Part shown: positions 34,780 to 44,207 of the stretch, in pieces
Numbering within the stretch: position 1 is the first letter of the stretch
Layout of the letters: each line of letters opens with the position of its first letter
The notes under the pieces: model-generated
Databases searched by the model: none
What the model saw: only the letters and a program-made list of their open reading frames with translations
What the model was told of the DNA's origin: nothing
Made by a program: the position numbers and the translations under genes
Virus record (IMG/VR): IMGVR_UViG_2531839010_000002
Coordinates: 1 to 64,000 of that record
From: a virus
Lineage: Duplodnaviria > Caudoviricetes
Reading direction: 5' to 3' (one strand)
DNA: 64,000 bases

Positions 34780-35658
34780 ATGGCAGTCTACCGCGTACAA
34801 CGGACACGCGATTACACCGTTATGTCAAATTATCATCTGAAGGATAAGGGGCTGACCTTAAAGTCTAAGGGTCTGCTCTCCATGATCCTGTCGCTCCCAG
34901 AGGAGTGGAATTACACTACAAGAGGGCTTGCTTCCATCTGTAAGGAGGGTGTGGACGCCATTGGCTCTGCGCTCAAAGAGTTGGAAACAGCTGGCTATAT
35001 TGTCCGCAGGCAGCTTCGCGGTGCGAATGGCCGTATTACTGATACCGAGTACATCATTTATGAGCAGCCACAGCCAAAGAAGCTGGATATGCTGCCGTCA
35101 GATGTGGTTTCACCAGATACGGAAAACCCGGATATGGTAAAACCGGATACGGAAAAGCCCGCAGAATTAAATATAGAGAAATCAAATACAGAAAAATCAA
35201 TTACTTATGGATCAAGTACCGATTCCATTCCCTTCCGGGAAACAGCGGCGGCAAGACCGCCGGAACGGAAAGGAAGAGATGCGATGTCTGTCACAGAGAT
35301 AGAAAATTATCGGGAATTGATTTTGGAGAATATCGAGTATGACTGTCTGAAGCAGCGTTATCCTCTCTACCTGGATGACCTGAATGAGATCGTAGAGCTG
35401 TTGGTAGAAACGGTCTGTGCCAGACGAAAGACCACCCGGATCTCTGGGGCAGACTTTCCTCACGAGATCGTGCGTTCCCGTTTTTTGAAACTGGACAGCT
35501 CCCACATCGAGTTTGTCATGGACTGTCTGCAAAAGAACACCACCCAGGTACGCAACATGAAGCAGTACCTGCTTGCGGTGCTGTTCAATGCGCCTACCAC
35601 CATGAATAATCACTTCACTTCATTGGTCAACCACGATATGCACGCAGGCGGCTGGTAA
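34780..35658 (+). CDS. Replication initiator (N-terminal wHTH, phage-replisome-organiser-like)
   Basis: YTVMSNYHLKDKGLTLKSKGLLSMILSLP...LKELETAGYI; C-terminal VRNMKQYLLAVLFNAPTT. Confidence 0.85.
   Translation: MAVYRVQRTRDYTVMSNYHLKDKGLTLKSKGLLSMILSLPEEWNYTTRGLASICKEGVDAIGSALKELETAGYIVRRQLRGANGRITDTEYIIYEQPQPKKLDMLPSDVVSPDTENPDMVKPDTEKPAELNIEKSNTEKSITYGSSTDSIPFRETAAARPPERKGRDAMSVTEIENYRELILENIEYDCLKQRYPLYLDDLNEIVELLVETVCARRKTTRISGADFPHEIVRSRFLKLDSSHIEFVMDCLQKNTTQVRNMKQYLLAVLFNAPTTMNNHFTSLVNHDMHAGGW
35113..35157 (+). repeat. Three 15-bp tandem repeats CCRGATAYGGWAAAV inside rep (iteron-like)
   Basis: ccagatacggaaaac / ccggatatggtaaaa / ccggatacggaaaag. Confidence 0.75.
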
Positions 35659-35692
35659 AGGCCGCCTTTTATCATGCCAAAGGAGGCACGAC

Positions 35693-36439
35693 ATGAACCA
35701 GATGGAAATTTTCAAAAACCCGGAGTTTGGCAGTATCCGGGTCATCGAAGAAAACGGCAAATACCTGTTCTGCGGAACGGATGTGGCCGCTGCGCTGGGG
35801 TACAGCAATTCCCGCGATGCAATTATCCGCCATTGTAGGTATGTCGTGAAACGCGACGCACCTCACCCACAAAGCCCCGACCGCAAAATCAGTATGACTT
35901 TTATCCCCGAAGGAGATTTGTACCGCCTGATTGTTCACAGCAAATTGCCATCGGCAGAACAGTTTGAACAGTGGGTATTCGATGAGGTTCTGCCTACCAT
36001 TCGCAAGCACGGGGCCTATCTCACAAGAGAGAAGCTTTGGGAGGTAGCTACTTCCCCGGAGGCTCTGATGAAGCTCTGCTCAGACTTGTTGGCTGAGCGT
36101 GAAGCAAATATTTCTCTGCGTAAGGAAAATGCACAGCTGGAGGGCAAAGCCGCTTTCTATGACCTGTTCATCGACTTAAAGCACAGCACCAATCTCAGGA
36201 CAACCGCCAAAGAGTTGGATGTCCCGGAGCGCCGGTTTGTTCGGTTTCTGATAGAACGACGGTTTGTGTACCGCACAGCATACGGCAATGTGCTGCCCTA
36301 TGCCAATGTGAAAAATACGGGGCTGTTCTGTGTGAAAGACTACTGCAATCACGGGCATACCGGCTCCTACACGCTGGTTACGCCAAAGGGAAAGCTCTAC
36401 TTTGCTCAGCTGCGGGAGATGATCTTGCTGGTCTCATAA
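35693..36439 (+). CDS. BRO-N / antirepressor-domain protein
   Basis: FKNPEFGSIRV...FIPEGDLYRLIVHSKLPSAEQFEQWVFDEVLPTIRKHGAY; C-terminal KilAC-like part. Confidence 0.9.
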   Translation: MNQMEIFKNPEFGSIRVIEENGKYLFCGTDVAAALGYSNSRDAIIRHCRYVVKRDAPHPQSPDRKISMTFIPEGDLYRLIVHSKLPSAEQFEQWVFDEVLPTIRKHGAYLTREKLWEVATSPEALMKLCSDLLAEREANISLRKENAQLEGKAAFYDLFIDLKHSTNLRTTAKELDVPERRFVRFLIERRFVYRTAYGNVLPYANVKNTGLFCVKDYCNHGHTGSYTLVTPKGKLYFAQLREMILLVS

Positions 36440-36461
36440 GAACGGAAAGGAAGTGGGTTTT

Positions 36462-36773
36462 ATGCAGGAAGGCAAAACAATCGGGCAGCTGATGGAGGAA
36501 ATGCGCCAGAAAGCCGGGGCGCAGAACTATCACGGTCATGACTACATGGATCTCCAGCGATTTACGGAGAACACCCGGCACATGATTATTTTTGATGTAC
36601 TGACGCATGACTCCCCGGTTGGCTGGAAAGGAGAACGCACCCGCCTGTTTTTGTCAGATATAGGCTATGAAAAAGCTCTGGACAGTCAGGCAAATGGGCA
36701 GATCAAGATTCTCAGCCATGCAAAGGTCAGAAATGGAGATTTGTTTTATGACCACAAAGAACAGATACGATAG
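36462..36773 (+). CDS. ICE hypothetical protein
   Basis: 103 aa; similar to 33945-34214 in its ...RLFL...GY.KAL..Q...IKI motif. Confidence 0.7.
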   Translation: MQEGKTIGQLMEEMRQKAGAQNYHGHDYMDLQRFTENTRHMIIFDVLTHDSPVGWKGERTRLFLSDIGYEKALDSQANGQIKILSHAKVRNGDLFYDHKEQIR

Positions 36774-36785
36774 GAGGAATCCGAT

Positions 36786-37205
36786 ATGAATGAGGAAAAG
36801 AAAGTACCCTTTAAGTGGGAATATGGGGAAGAAACCATATCGCTGCAACTTGGAATGTATGCGAATAATCAGCGGCTTTATATCGGCATGATTACCCATA
36901 CAGAAGATGGAGCAGAGGCGTTTGCAGATATGACGGTGAACCTACCAGGATATTCCCTGGACCCCGGAGAGGCGTTTATTTCCGGTGACATCAGCAAGGA
37001 CCTGCTGCGATTCATCAAAGAGAACAAGTTGGGGAAGGTGCTTCCCTATCAGGTGCAGTCCGGTTATGGAAAATATTCTGCCGTTGCCTTTGATCTGGAG
37101 AAGTTGAAGGCATTTGACCCCAAAGGTGTGGCAGAGTTTCGGGAAGAGTGGAATCTGCCGGATAAGAAGCCGGTAAAGAAAAAGAACCGCGGGATGGAGC
37201 GATGA
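36786..37205 (+). CDS. ICE hypothetical protein
   Basis: SD AGGAGG; 139 aa. Confidence 0.75.
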   Translation: MNEEKKVPFKWEYGEETISLQLGMYANNQRLYIGMITHTEDGAEAFADMTVNLPGYSLDPGEAFISGDISKDLLRFIKENKLGKVLPYQVQSGYGKYSAVAFDLEKLKAFDPKGVAEFREEWNLPDKKPVKKKNRGMER

Positions 37206-37289
37206 AGAAATATTTTCTCCGGCGGCTGGTGGTTCCGCCTTAGCAAAAAAAGAGATTCCCTGCAAACTTCGTGGAAAGGAGGCGAGAAA

Positions 37290-37790
37290 ATGCAGGAAGA
37301 AGTGGAAAACAGAACTTTGACGCTGGTTGTCAGTGGAACAAAGTTTACAGGCAGAATGTTTAAGGCTGCCATAAGCAAGTACATGGCACATCGAAAGGAA
37401 AAGAAGCTGGAAAAACAGAGAAGCCGTGATGCGCCGGTTGTTCCGCATGGAAAACAGACTGTGAAGCAGCTTGTCGGGCAGAATCAGGGAATATCCAACA
37501 TTGAGATCACAGACCCCTCTATCAAGGAGTTTGAGAAAATCGCCCGGAAATATGGTGTGGATTATGCGGTGAAAAAGAACCGCAGCAGTTCTCCGCCAAA
37601 GTACCTGATTTTTTTCAAAGGCCGTGATGCAGATGCTCTGACAGCAGCTTTTACAGAGTACACCAACAAAAAGGTCAAAAAGGCAACGAAAACAGAGCGC
37701 CCGTCCGTACTGGCAAAACTTAACCAGTTCAAAGAGATGGTTAAAAATGCTGTGGTGGATCGCACCAAGCGAAAGGAGCTGGAACGATGA
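37290..37790 (+). CDS. PcfB family conjugation protein
   Basis: MQEEVENRTLTL...GKQTVKQL...KYGVDYAV...FFKGRDADALTAAF. Confidence 0.88.
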   Translation: MQEEVENRTLTLVVSGTKFTGRMFKAAISKYMAHRKEKKLEKQRSRDAPVVPHGKQTVKQLVGQNQGISNIEITDPSIKEFEKIARKYGVDYAVKKNRSSSPPKYLIFFKGRDADALTAAFTEYTNKKVKKATKTERPSVLAKLNQFKEMVKNAVVDRTKRKELER

Positions 37791-39616
37791 AAAAGACATT
37801 GGACATCAAAAAGCTCATTTTGCTGAATATGCCGTATATCCTGCTGGGGCTGTTTGCTACCAATTTTGGAGAGGCATGGCGAATGGCACAAGGGGCGGAT
37901 GCTTCAGAAAAGTTTCTTTCGCTGATTGCGGTTCTGCCTGGGGCGCTGCAAAGTTTCTGGCCAAGCCTGCATCCATTGGACTTGTTGGTAGGACTGTGTT
38001 GTGGAGGCAGTCTGAGGCTGGCGGTGTATCTTAAAAGCAAGAACGCCAAGAAATATCGACATGGTTTGGAATATGGTTCGGCCCGCTGGGGAACCCGTGA
38101 GGATATTGCACCTTACGTTGATCCTGTATTTCAGAACAATGTGATCCTGACGAAAACGGAGAGCCTGACCATGAACAGCCGCCCCAAGGACCCCAAGACT
38201 GCCAGAAACAAAAATGTAATGGTGATTGGCGGCTCCGGTTCCGGTAAGACCCGATTCTGGCTGAAACCCAACCTGATGCAGATGCACAGCTCCTATGTTG
38301 TGACGGACCCGAAGGGAACAATTCTGGTGGAGTGCGGAAAAATGCTCCAAAGGGGTGCGCCCAAGCTGGGGAAGGACGGAAAGCCCATGAAGGATAAGCA
38401 CGGCAAGGTCATTTATGAGCCGTACCGAATCAAGGTCCTAAATACAATCAACTTCAAGAAGTCCATGCACTATAACCCTTTCGCCTATATCCATAGCGAA
38501 AAGGACATCTTGAAGCTGGTAACAACGCTGATCGCCAATACCAAAGGCGAAGGCAAGGCCGGAGACGATTTCTGGGTAAAAGCAGAAACCTTGTTGTACT
38601 GCGCGCTTATTGGCTATATCCATTATGAGGCTCCGGTGGAGGAGCAGAACTTCTCCACCCTCATTGAGTTCATCAATGCGATGGAAGTCCGTGAGGATGA
38701 CGAGGAGTTCAAAAACCCCGTAGACCTGATGTTTGATGCACTGGAATCGGAAAAGCCAAACCACTTCGCAGTGCGGCAGTATAAGAAATATAAGCTGGCC
38801 GCCGGCAAAACCGCTAAGTCGATTTTGATTTCCTGCGGTGCGCGTCTGGCCGTATTTGATATTGCGGAGCTGCGCGAGGTTACATCCTACGATGAGTTGG
38901 AACTGGATACGCTGGGAGACAGAAAAACGGCTCTGTTCCTCATTATGAGTGATACGGATGACAGTTTTAACTTTCTCATTTCCATGTGCTACACCCAGTT
39001 ATTCAACCTGCTTTGTGAAAAGGCCGATGATGTGTATGGCGGCAGGCTTCCGGTTCATGTGCGCTGTCTGATTGATGAGTGTGCCAACATCGGGCAGATT
39101 CCGAAGCTGGAAAAGCTGGTGGCCACCATCCGAAGCCGTGAAATCTCTGCCTGTCTGGTGTTGCAGGCACAGAGCCAGCTCAAGGCAATTTACAAAGATA
39201 ATGCCGATACCATCATCGGCAATATGGATACTTCCATCTTCCTGGGTGGCAAAGAGCCAACAACGCTGAAAGAGCTGGCGGCTGTTCTGGGAAAGGAGAC
39301 CATAGACACTTACAACACCGGAGAGAGCCGGGGACGGGAGACCTCCCACTCGCTTAACTATCAGAAATTGGGAAAAGAGCTGATGAGCCAGGACGAGCTG
39401 GCAGTTATGGATGGCGGCAAGTGCATCTTGCAGTTGCGCGGTGTGCGTCCGTTTCTTTCAGACAAGTATGACATTACCAGACACCCTAATTTCAAATACA
39501 CAGCTGATGCAGACAAGCGAAATACCTTTGATATTGAAGCATTTTTGTCTGCCAGACTAAAACTCAAGCCTGATGAGGTCTGCGATGTATATGAAGTAGA
39601 CACGGAGGGCGTGTAA
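37787..39616 (+). CDS. virD4: VirD4/TraG coupling protein
   Basis: EYGSARWG, GGSGSGKT Walker A, LIDECANIG Walker B. Confidence 0.95.
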   Translation: MKKTLDIKKLILLNMPYILLGLFATNFGEAWRMAQGADASEKFLSLIAVLPGALQSFWPSLHPLDLLVGLCCGGSLRLAVYLKSKNAKKYRHGLEYGSARWGTREDIAPYVDPVFQNNVILTKTESLTMNSRPKDPKTARNKNVMVIGGSGSGKTRFWLKPNLMQMHSSYVVTDPKGTILVECGKMLQRGAPKLGKDGKPMKDKHGKVIYEPYRIKVLNTINFKKSMHYNPFAYIHSEKDILKLVTTLIANTKGEGKAGDDFWVKAETLLYCALIGYIHYEAPVEEQNFSTLIEFINAMEVREDDEEFKNPVDLMFDALESEKPNHFAVRQYKKYKLAAGKTAKSILISCGARLAVFDIAELREVTSYDELELDTLGDRKTALFLIMSDTDDSFNFLISMCYTQLFNLLCEKADDVYGGRLPVHVRCLIDECANIGQIPKLEKLVATIRSREISACLVLQAQSQLKAIYKDNADTIIGNMDTSIFLGGKEPTTLKELAAVLGKETIDTYNTGESRGRETSHSLNYQKLGKELMSQDELAVMDGGKCILQLRGVRPFLSDKYDITRHPNFKYTADADKRNTFDIEAFLSARLKLKPDEVCDVYEVDTEGV

Positions 39617-39834
39617 TACGGTTCCGCTGAGAAAGGAGTGATCGTATCTATTTGCCGCAACTGCCTCAGTTGAGGCCATTGGCGTACAAAGCGGACAATC
39701 GCAAGAAAAATAATGAAAAAGGAGGACAGCCGGAATCATGCCCCCGGAAACCGGGCGGCAGATTGTTCCGGCTTTTGTATGCCTATGAAACATGACAAAC
39801 CTATTTTTTAATCAGATTCCGGCTAACAAACTAT

Positions 39835-40053
39835 ATGGCATTTTTTGAACAGGCAATTACCGTTCTTCAGACTCTCGTTATCGCTCTGGGTGCTGGTCTT
39901 GGTATCTGGGGTGTCATCAACCTGTTGGAAGGTTACGGCAACGACAACCCTGGCGCCAAATCTCAGGGCATGAAGCAGCTTATGGCCGGTGCTGGTGTAG
40001 CCGTTGTTGGTATGGTTCTTGTACCTCTGCTCTCCGGGCTGTTCTCTGTCTAA
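39835..40053 (+). CDS. Maff2 family small membrane protein (VirB2-like)
   Basis: GAGLGIWGVINLLEGYGNDNPGAKSQGMKQLMAG. Confidence 0.88.
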   Translation: MAFFEQAITVLQTLVIALGAGLGIWGVINLLEGYGNDNPGAKSQGMKQLMAGAGVAVVGMVLVPLLSGLFSV

Positions 40054-40122
40054 GCGTTCCTGCATGAAATCCTTGCCGCTCCCGCAGCTCTGCGGGGGCG
40101 GCGGAAAGGAGGTTGACACCGT

Positions 40123-40992
40123 ATGGATTTCTTACTTGAAGCCCTGACGAATTGGCTGAAAGAAATGCTGGTGGGCGGTATTATGAGCAACCTTTCGGGG
40201 ATGTTTGACAGTGTAAACCAACAGGTCGCGGATATATCCGTACAGGTAGGACAGACCCCACAGGGATGGAATGGCAGTATTTTCAATATGATTGAGAATC
40301 TGTCAAACTCCATCATGGTGCCGATTGCAGGTGTGATCCTGGCTATCGTGATGACCGTAGACCTGATCCAGATGATTGCAGACAAGAACAACCTGCATGA
40401 TGTGGATACCTGGATGATTTTCAAGTGGGTGTTCAAATCAGCTGCCGCTATCCTCATTGTCACAAACACATGGAATATCGTGATGGGCGTCTTTGATATG
40501 GCGCAGAGCGTGGTGGCGCAGGCGGCAGGGATTATCAATTCGGATGCGTCCATTGACATTTCCTCAGTTATGACCGATCTGGAACCGAGACTGATGGAAA
40601 TGGATTTGGGACCGCTGTTCGGCCTGTGGTTCCAATCCCTCTTTATTGGCATTACCATGTGGGCGTTATATATCTGTATCTTTATCGTTATTTATGGCCG
40701 TATGATCGAGATCTACCTTGTGACTTCGGTGGCTCCCGTTCCAATGGCTGCCATGATGGGCAAAGAATGGGGCGGTATGGGACAGAATTACCTCCGATCC
40801 CTGCTGGCACTGGGCTTTCAAGCGTTTCTCATTATCGTCTGCGTGGCAATTTATGCTGTGCTGGTGCAGAACATCGCTCTGGAAGATGACATCATCATGG
40901 CAATCTGGAGCTGCGTGGGCTACACCGTACTGCTATGTTTTACGCTGTTCAAAACCGGCAGTCTCGCCAAATCAGTCTTTCAGGCGCACTAA
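40123..40992 (+). CDS. VirB6-like T4SS membrane protein
   Basis: Multi-TM; YGRMIEIYL...QNYLRSLLALGFQAFLI. Confidence 0.88.
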   Translation: MDFLLEALTNWLKEMLVGGIMSNLSGMFDSVNQQVADISVQVGQTPQGWNGSIFNMIENLSNSIMVPIAGVILAIVMTVDLIQMIADKNNLHDVDTWMIFKWVFKSAAAILIVTNTWNIVMGVFDMAQSVVAQAAGIINSDASIDISSVMTDLEPRLMEMDLGPLFGLWFQSLFIGITMWALYICIFIVIYGRMIEIYLVTSVAPVPMAAMMGKEWGGMGQNYLRSLLALGFQAFLIIVCVAIYAVLVQNIALEDDIIMAIWSCVGYTVLLCFTLFKTGSLAKSVFQAH

Positions 40993-41012
40993 AACGGAAG
41001 GAGGTTTCCACA

Positions 41013-41468
41013 TTGGCTTATGTACCCGTACCCAAGGACTTAACAAAAGTCAAAACAAAGGTCATGTTCAATCTGACCAAGCGGCAGCTTATCTGCTTTA
41101 CGGGCGGAGCGCTTATTGGCGTACCGCTTTTCTTTTTGCTCAGAAAACCTACCGGAAACAGTGTAGCGGCTATGTGTATGATGCTGGTTATGCTGCCCTT
41201 CTTTATGCTGGCTATGTACGAAAAGCATGGACAGCCCCTGGAAAAGATCGTGGGCAACATTCTCAAAGTAGCTGTGATCCGTCCCAAGCAGCGTCCCTAC
41301 CAGACCAATAACTTTTATGCCGTATTAAAGCGGCAGGAAATGCTCGATAAGGAGGTGTATGACATTGTTCACCGCAATAAAAAAATGGCTGCATCGGATG
41401 TTCGGAAAAACCGAGGAAAAAACTGTGCAGCCGGTAAAGACAAAGAAAAAGCTGTCCCGCGCCGATAA
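41013..41468 (+). CDS. PrgI family (VirB3-like) protein
   Basis: TTG start after AAGGAGG; YVPVPKDLTKVKTKVMFNLTKRQLICF. Confidence 0.88.
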   Translation: MAYVPVPKDLTKVKTKVMFNLTKRQLICFTGGALIGVPLFFLLRKPTGNSVAAMCMMLVMLPFFMLAMYEKHGQPLEKIVGNILKVAVIRPKQRPYQTNNFYAVLKRQEMLDKEVYDIVHRNKKMAASDVRKNRGKNCAAGKDKEKAVPRR

Positions 41469-43827
41469 GAAGCAGATCGAAGCGGCCATTGCCCGCGCTA
41501 ACCGCACGGACAAAAAAGGAAAATCTGCGCAGGACAGTATCCCTTATGAACGGATGTGGCCGGACGGAATCTGCCGCGTATCGGACAGCCACTACACAAA
41601 GACCATCCAGTTTCAGGACATCAACTATCAGCTCTCCCAAAACGAAGATAAGACGGCAATCTTTGAGGGGTGGTGTGATTTCCTCAATTATTTTGACAGC
41701 TCGATTCATTTCCAGCTGTCTTTTTTGAACCTTGCGGCATCGGAGGAGACCTTTGCTAACTCCATTTCCATCCCGCCCCAGAGGGACGCCTTTGACAGTA
41801 TCCGCGAGGAATACACCACAATGCTGCAAAATCAGCTGGCCAGAGGTAACAACGGTCTCATCAAGACCAAATACCTGACCTTTGGTATCGACGCGGACAG
41901 CATCAAAGCCGCCAAGCCCCGTCTGGAGCGTATTGAGACCGATATACTTAATAACTTCAAGCGTCTTGGTGTAGCTGCCAGAACGCTGGACGGTAAAGAA
42001 AGGCTTTTTCAGCTTCATGCGGTATTCCACATGGATGAACAACTCCCGTTTCTGTTTGAATGGGACTGGCTGGCTCCTTCCGGTCTGTCCACAAAGGATT
42101 TTATTGCACCAAGCTCCTTTGAGTTCCGCACCGGCAAGCAGTTCCGTATGGGCAAGAAATACGGGGCTGTTTCTTTTTTGCAGATTCTCGCACCGGAGCT
42201 GAATGACCGTTTGCTGGCTGATTTTCTGGATATGGAAAGCTCGCTCATTGTGAGTATGCACATTCAGTCGGTGGATCAGGTGAAAGCCATCAAAACGGTA
42301 AAGCGAAAGATTACCGACCTTGACCGCAGCAAGATCGAGGAACAGAAAAAAGCAGTCCGTGCCGGATACGACATGGACATCATTCCATCTGACCTTGCTA
42401 CCTACGGCAGTGAAGCGAAAAAACTCTTGCAGGATTTGCAGAGCCGCAACGAGAGAATGTTCCTTTTGACCTTTCTGGTGCTGAACACAGCGGACAATCC
42501 CCGTCAGCTTGGCAACAACATCTTTCAGGCAGGCTCTATTGCCCAGAAGTATAACTGTCAGCTGACCAGGCTGGACTTCCAGCAGGAAGAAGGGCTGATG
42601 AGCTGTCTGCCTCTGGGTCTCAATCAGATTGAGATTCAGCGAGGACTGACCACCAGTTCCACAGCTATCTTTGTGCCCTTCACTACGCAGGAACTGTTCC
42701 AGAACGGGAAAGAAGCTCTGTACTACGGCATCAATGCTCTGTCCAACAACCTCATCATGGTGGACAGAAAGCTGCTGAAAAACCCCAACGGCCTGATTCT
42801 GGGTACGCCGGGTTCCGGTAAGTCCTTCAGCGCAAAACGAGAAATTGCCAACTGCTTTTTGCTTACCAGTGATGATGTTATTATCTGTGACCCGGAAGCG
42901 GAGTACGCACCTCTTGTTGAGCGTCTGCATGGGCAGGTCATCAAGATCTCGCCTACTTCAACTAACTACATCAATCCGATGGATCTGAATCTGGACTATT
43001 CGGATGATGAAAGCCCGCTGTCACTCAAGTCTGACTTTATCCTCAGCTTGTGTGAGCTGATCATGGGCGGTAAGGAGGGCTTGCAGCCGGTGCAGAAAAC
43101 CATTATTGACCGTTGTGTACGGCTGGTTTACAACGAATATCTCAATGACCCAAAGCCGGAGAATATGCCGATTTTGGAGGACCTTTATAACTTGCTGCGG
43201 GAGCAGGAAGAAAAAGAAGCTCAGTACATTGCAACGGCATTGGAAATCTATGTAACGGGTTCTTTGAATGTGTTCAATCATCAGAGCAATGTGGACATTG
43301 ATAACCGGATTGTCTGCTATGACATCAAGGAACTGGGCAAGCAGCTTAAAAAAATCGGTATGCTGGTAGTTCAGGATCAGGTGTGGAACCGCGTTACCAT
43401 CAACCGTGCCGCCCACAAGTCCACCCGTTACTACATCGACGAGATGCACCTGCTTTTGAAGGAGGAGCAGACCGCCGCCTATACGGTGGAAATCTGGAAG
43501 CGATTCAGAAAATGGGGCGGCATCCCCACCGGAATCACGCAGAACGTCAAAGATCTGCTTTCCAGCCGCGAGGTGGAAAATATCTTTGAAAATTCCGACT
43601 TCGTGTATATGCTCAACCAGGCAGGCGGAGACCGTCAGATCCTCGCCAAGCAGCTGGGTATTTCCACACACCAATTATCTTATGTGACCCACTCCGGTGA
43701 GGGCGAGGGCCTGCTGTTTTATGGCTCTACAATCCTGCCTTTCGTGGATCACTTCCCGAAGAATACCGAGCTTTACCGCATTATGACCACCAAACCCCAG
43801 GAACTGAAAAAGAAGGAGGATGAATGA
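41359..43827 (+). CDS. virB4: VirB4-like conjugation ATPase
   Basis: GTPGSGKS Walker A, YYIDEMH Walker B, RKWGGIPTGITQN. Confidence 0.95.
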   Translation: MTLFTAIKKWLHRMFGKTEEKTVQPVKTKKKLSRADKKQIEAAIARANRTDKKGKSAQDSIPYERMWPDGICRVSDSHYTKTIQFQDINYQLSQNEDKTAIFEGWCDFLNYFDSSIHFQLSFLNLAASEETFANSISIPPQRDAFDSIREEYTTMLQNQLARGNNGLIKTKYLTFGIDADSIKAAKPRLERIETDILNNFKRLGVAARTLDGKERLFQLHAVFHMDEQLPFLFEWDWLAPSGLSTKDFIAPSSFEFRTGKQFRMGKKYGAVSFLQILAPELNDRLLADFLDMESSLIVSMHIQSVDQVKAIKTVKRKITDLDRSKIEEQKKAVRAGYDMDIIPSDLATYGSEAKKLLQDLQSRNERMFLLTFLVLNTADNPRQLGNNIFQAGSIAQKYNCQLTRLDFQQEEGLMSCLPLGLNQIEIQRGLTTSSTAIFVPFTTQELFQNGKEALYYGINALSNNLIMVDRKLLKNPNGLILGTPGSGKSFSAKREIANCFLLTSDDVIICDPEAEYAPLVERLHGQVIKISPTSTNYINPMDLNLDYSDDESPLSLKSDFILSLCELIMGGKEGLQPVQKTIIDRCVRLVYNEYLNDPKPENMPILEDLYNLLREQEEKEAQYIATALEIYVTGSLNVFNHQSNVDIDNRIVCYDIKELGKQLKKIGMLVVQDQVWNRVTINRAAHKSTRYYIDEMHLLLKEEQTAAYTVEIWKRFRKWGGIPTGITQNVKDLLSSREVENIFENSDFVYMLNQAGGDRQILAKQLGISTHQLSYVTHSGEGEGLLFYGSTILPFVDHFPKNTELYRIMTTKPQELKKKEDE

Positions 43828-44207
43828 TGATGAACCCCAACATTTTGAATAAAAATCCGCTGATGTTTTTTGACAGGGCGGTAAATGCCCAGCGCAGCCA
43901 GCTGCTTACGGTCATGGCCGATGCGGTCAGCGAGTGTCGCACGGCGGCAGACCAGGCAGCCGAACTGAATGAGACCGGTCAGGTGGGGCTTATCCGTCTG
44001 GCAGAGATCTGGAGCGCCATCCGTGCCAAGGAAGGTATGGGTGGTCTGGTCCTGGAAGGAACCGAAGCGAAGATCCTGTCCGATGTGGTGGCACAGTTTT
44101 ATGCCTACCTGTCCGGCTGTATGTTCAACGATCCGGTGGGAATGGCCATTTATGCAGAGCTGCACTACATGATGTCCTCCCTCATGCTGGGAGAATGGTT
44201 TGAATAA
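43824..44207 (+). CDS. ICE hypothetical protein
   Basis: 127 aa, coupled to virB4 and the next gene. Confidence 0.75.
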   Translation: MMMNPNILNKNPLMFFDRAVNAQRSQLLTVMADAVSECRTAADQAAELNETGQVGLIRLAEIWSAIRAKEGMGGLVLEGTEAKILSDVVAQFYAYLSGCMFNDPVGMAIYAELHYMMSSLMLGEWFE

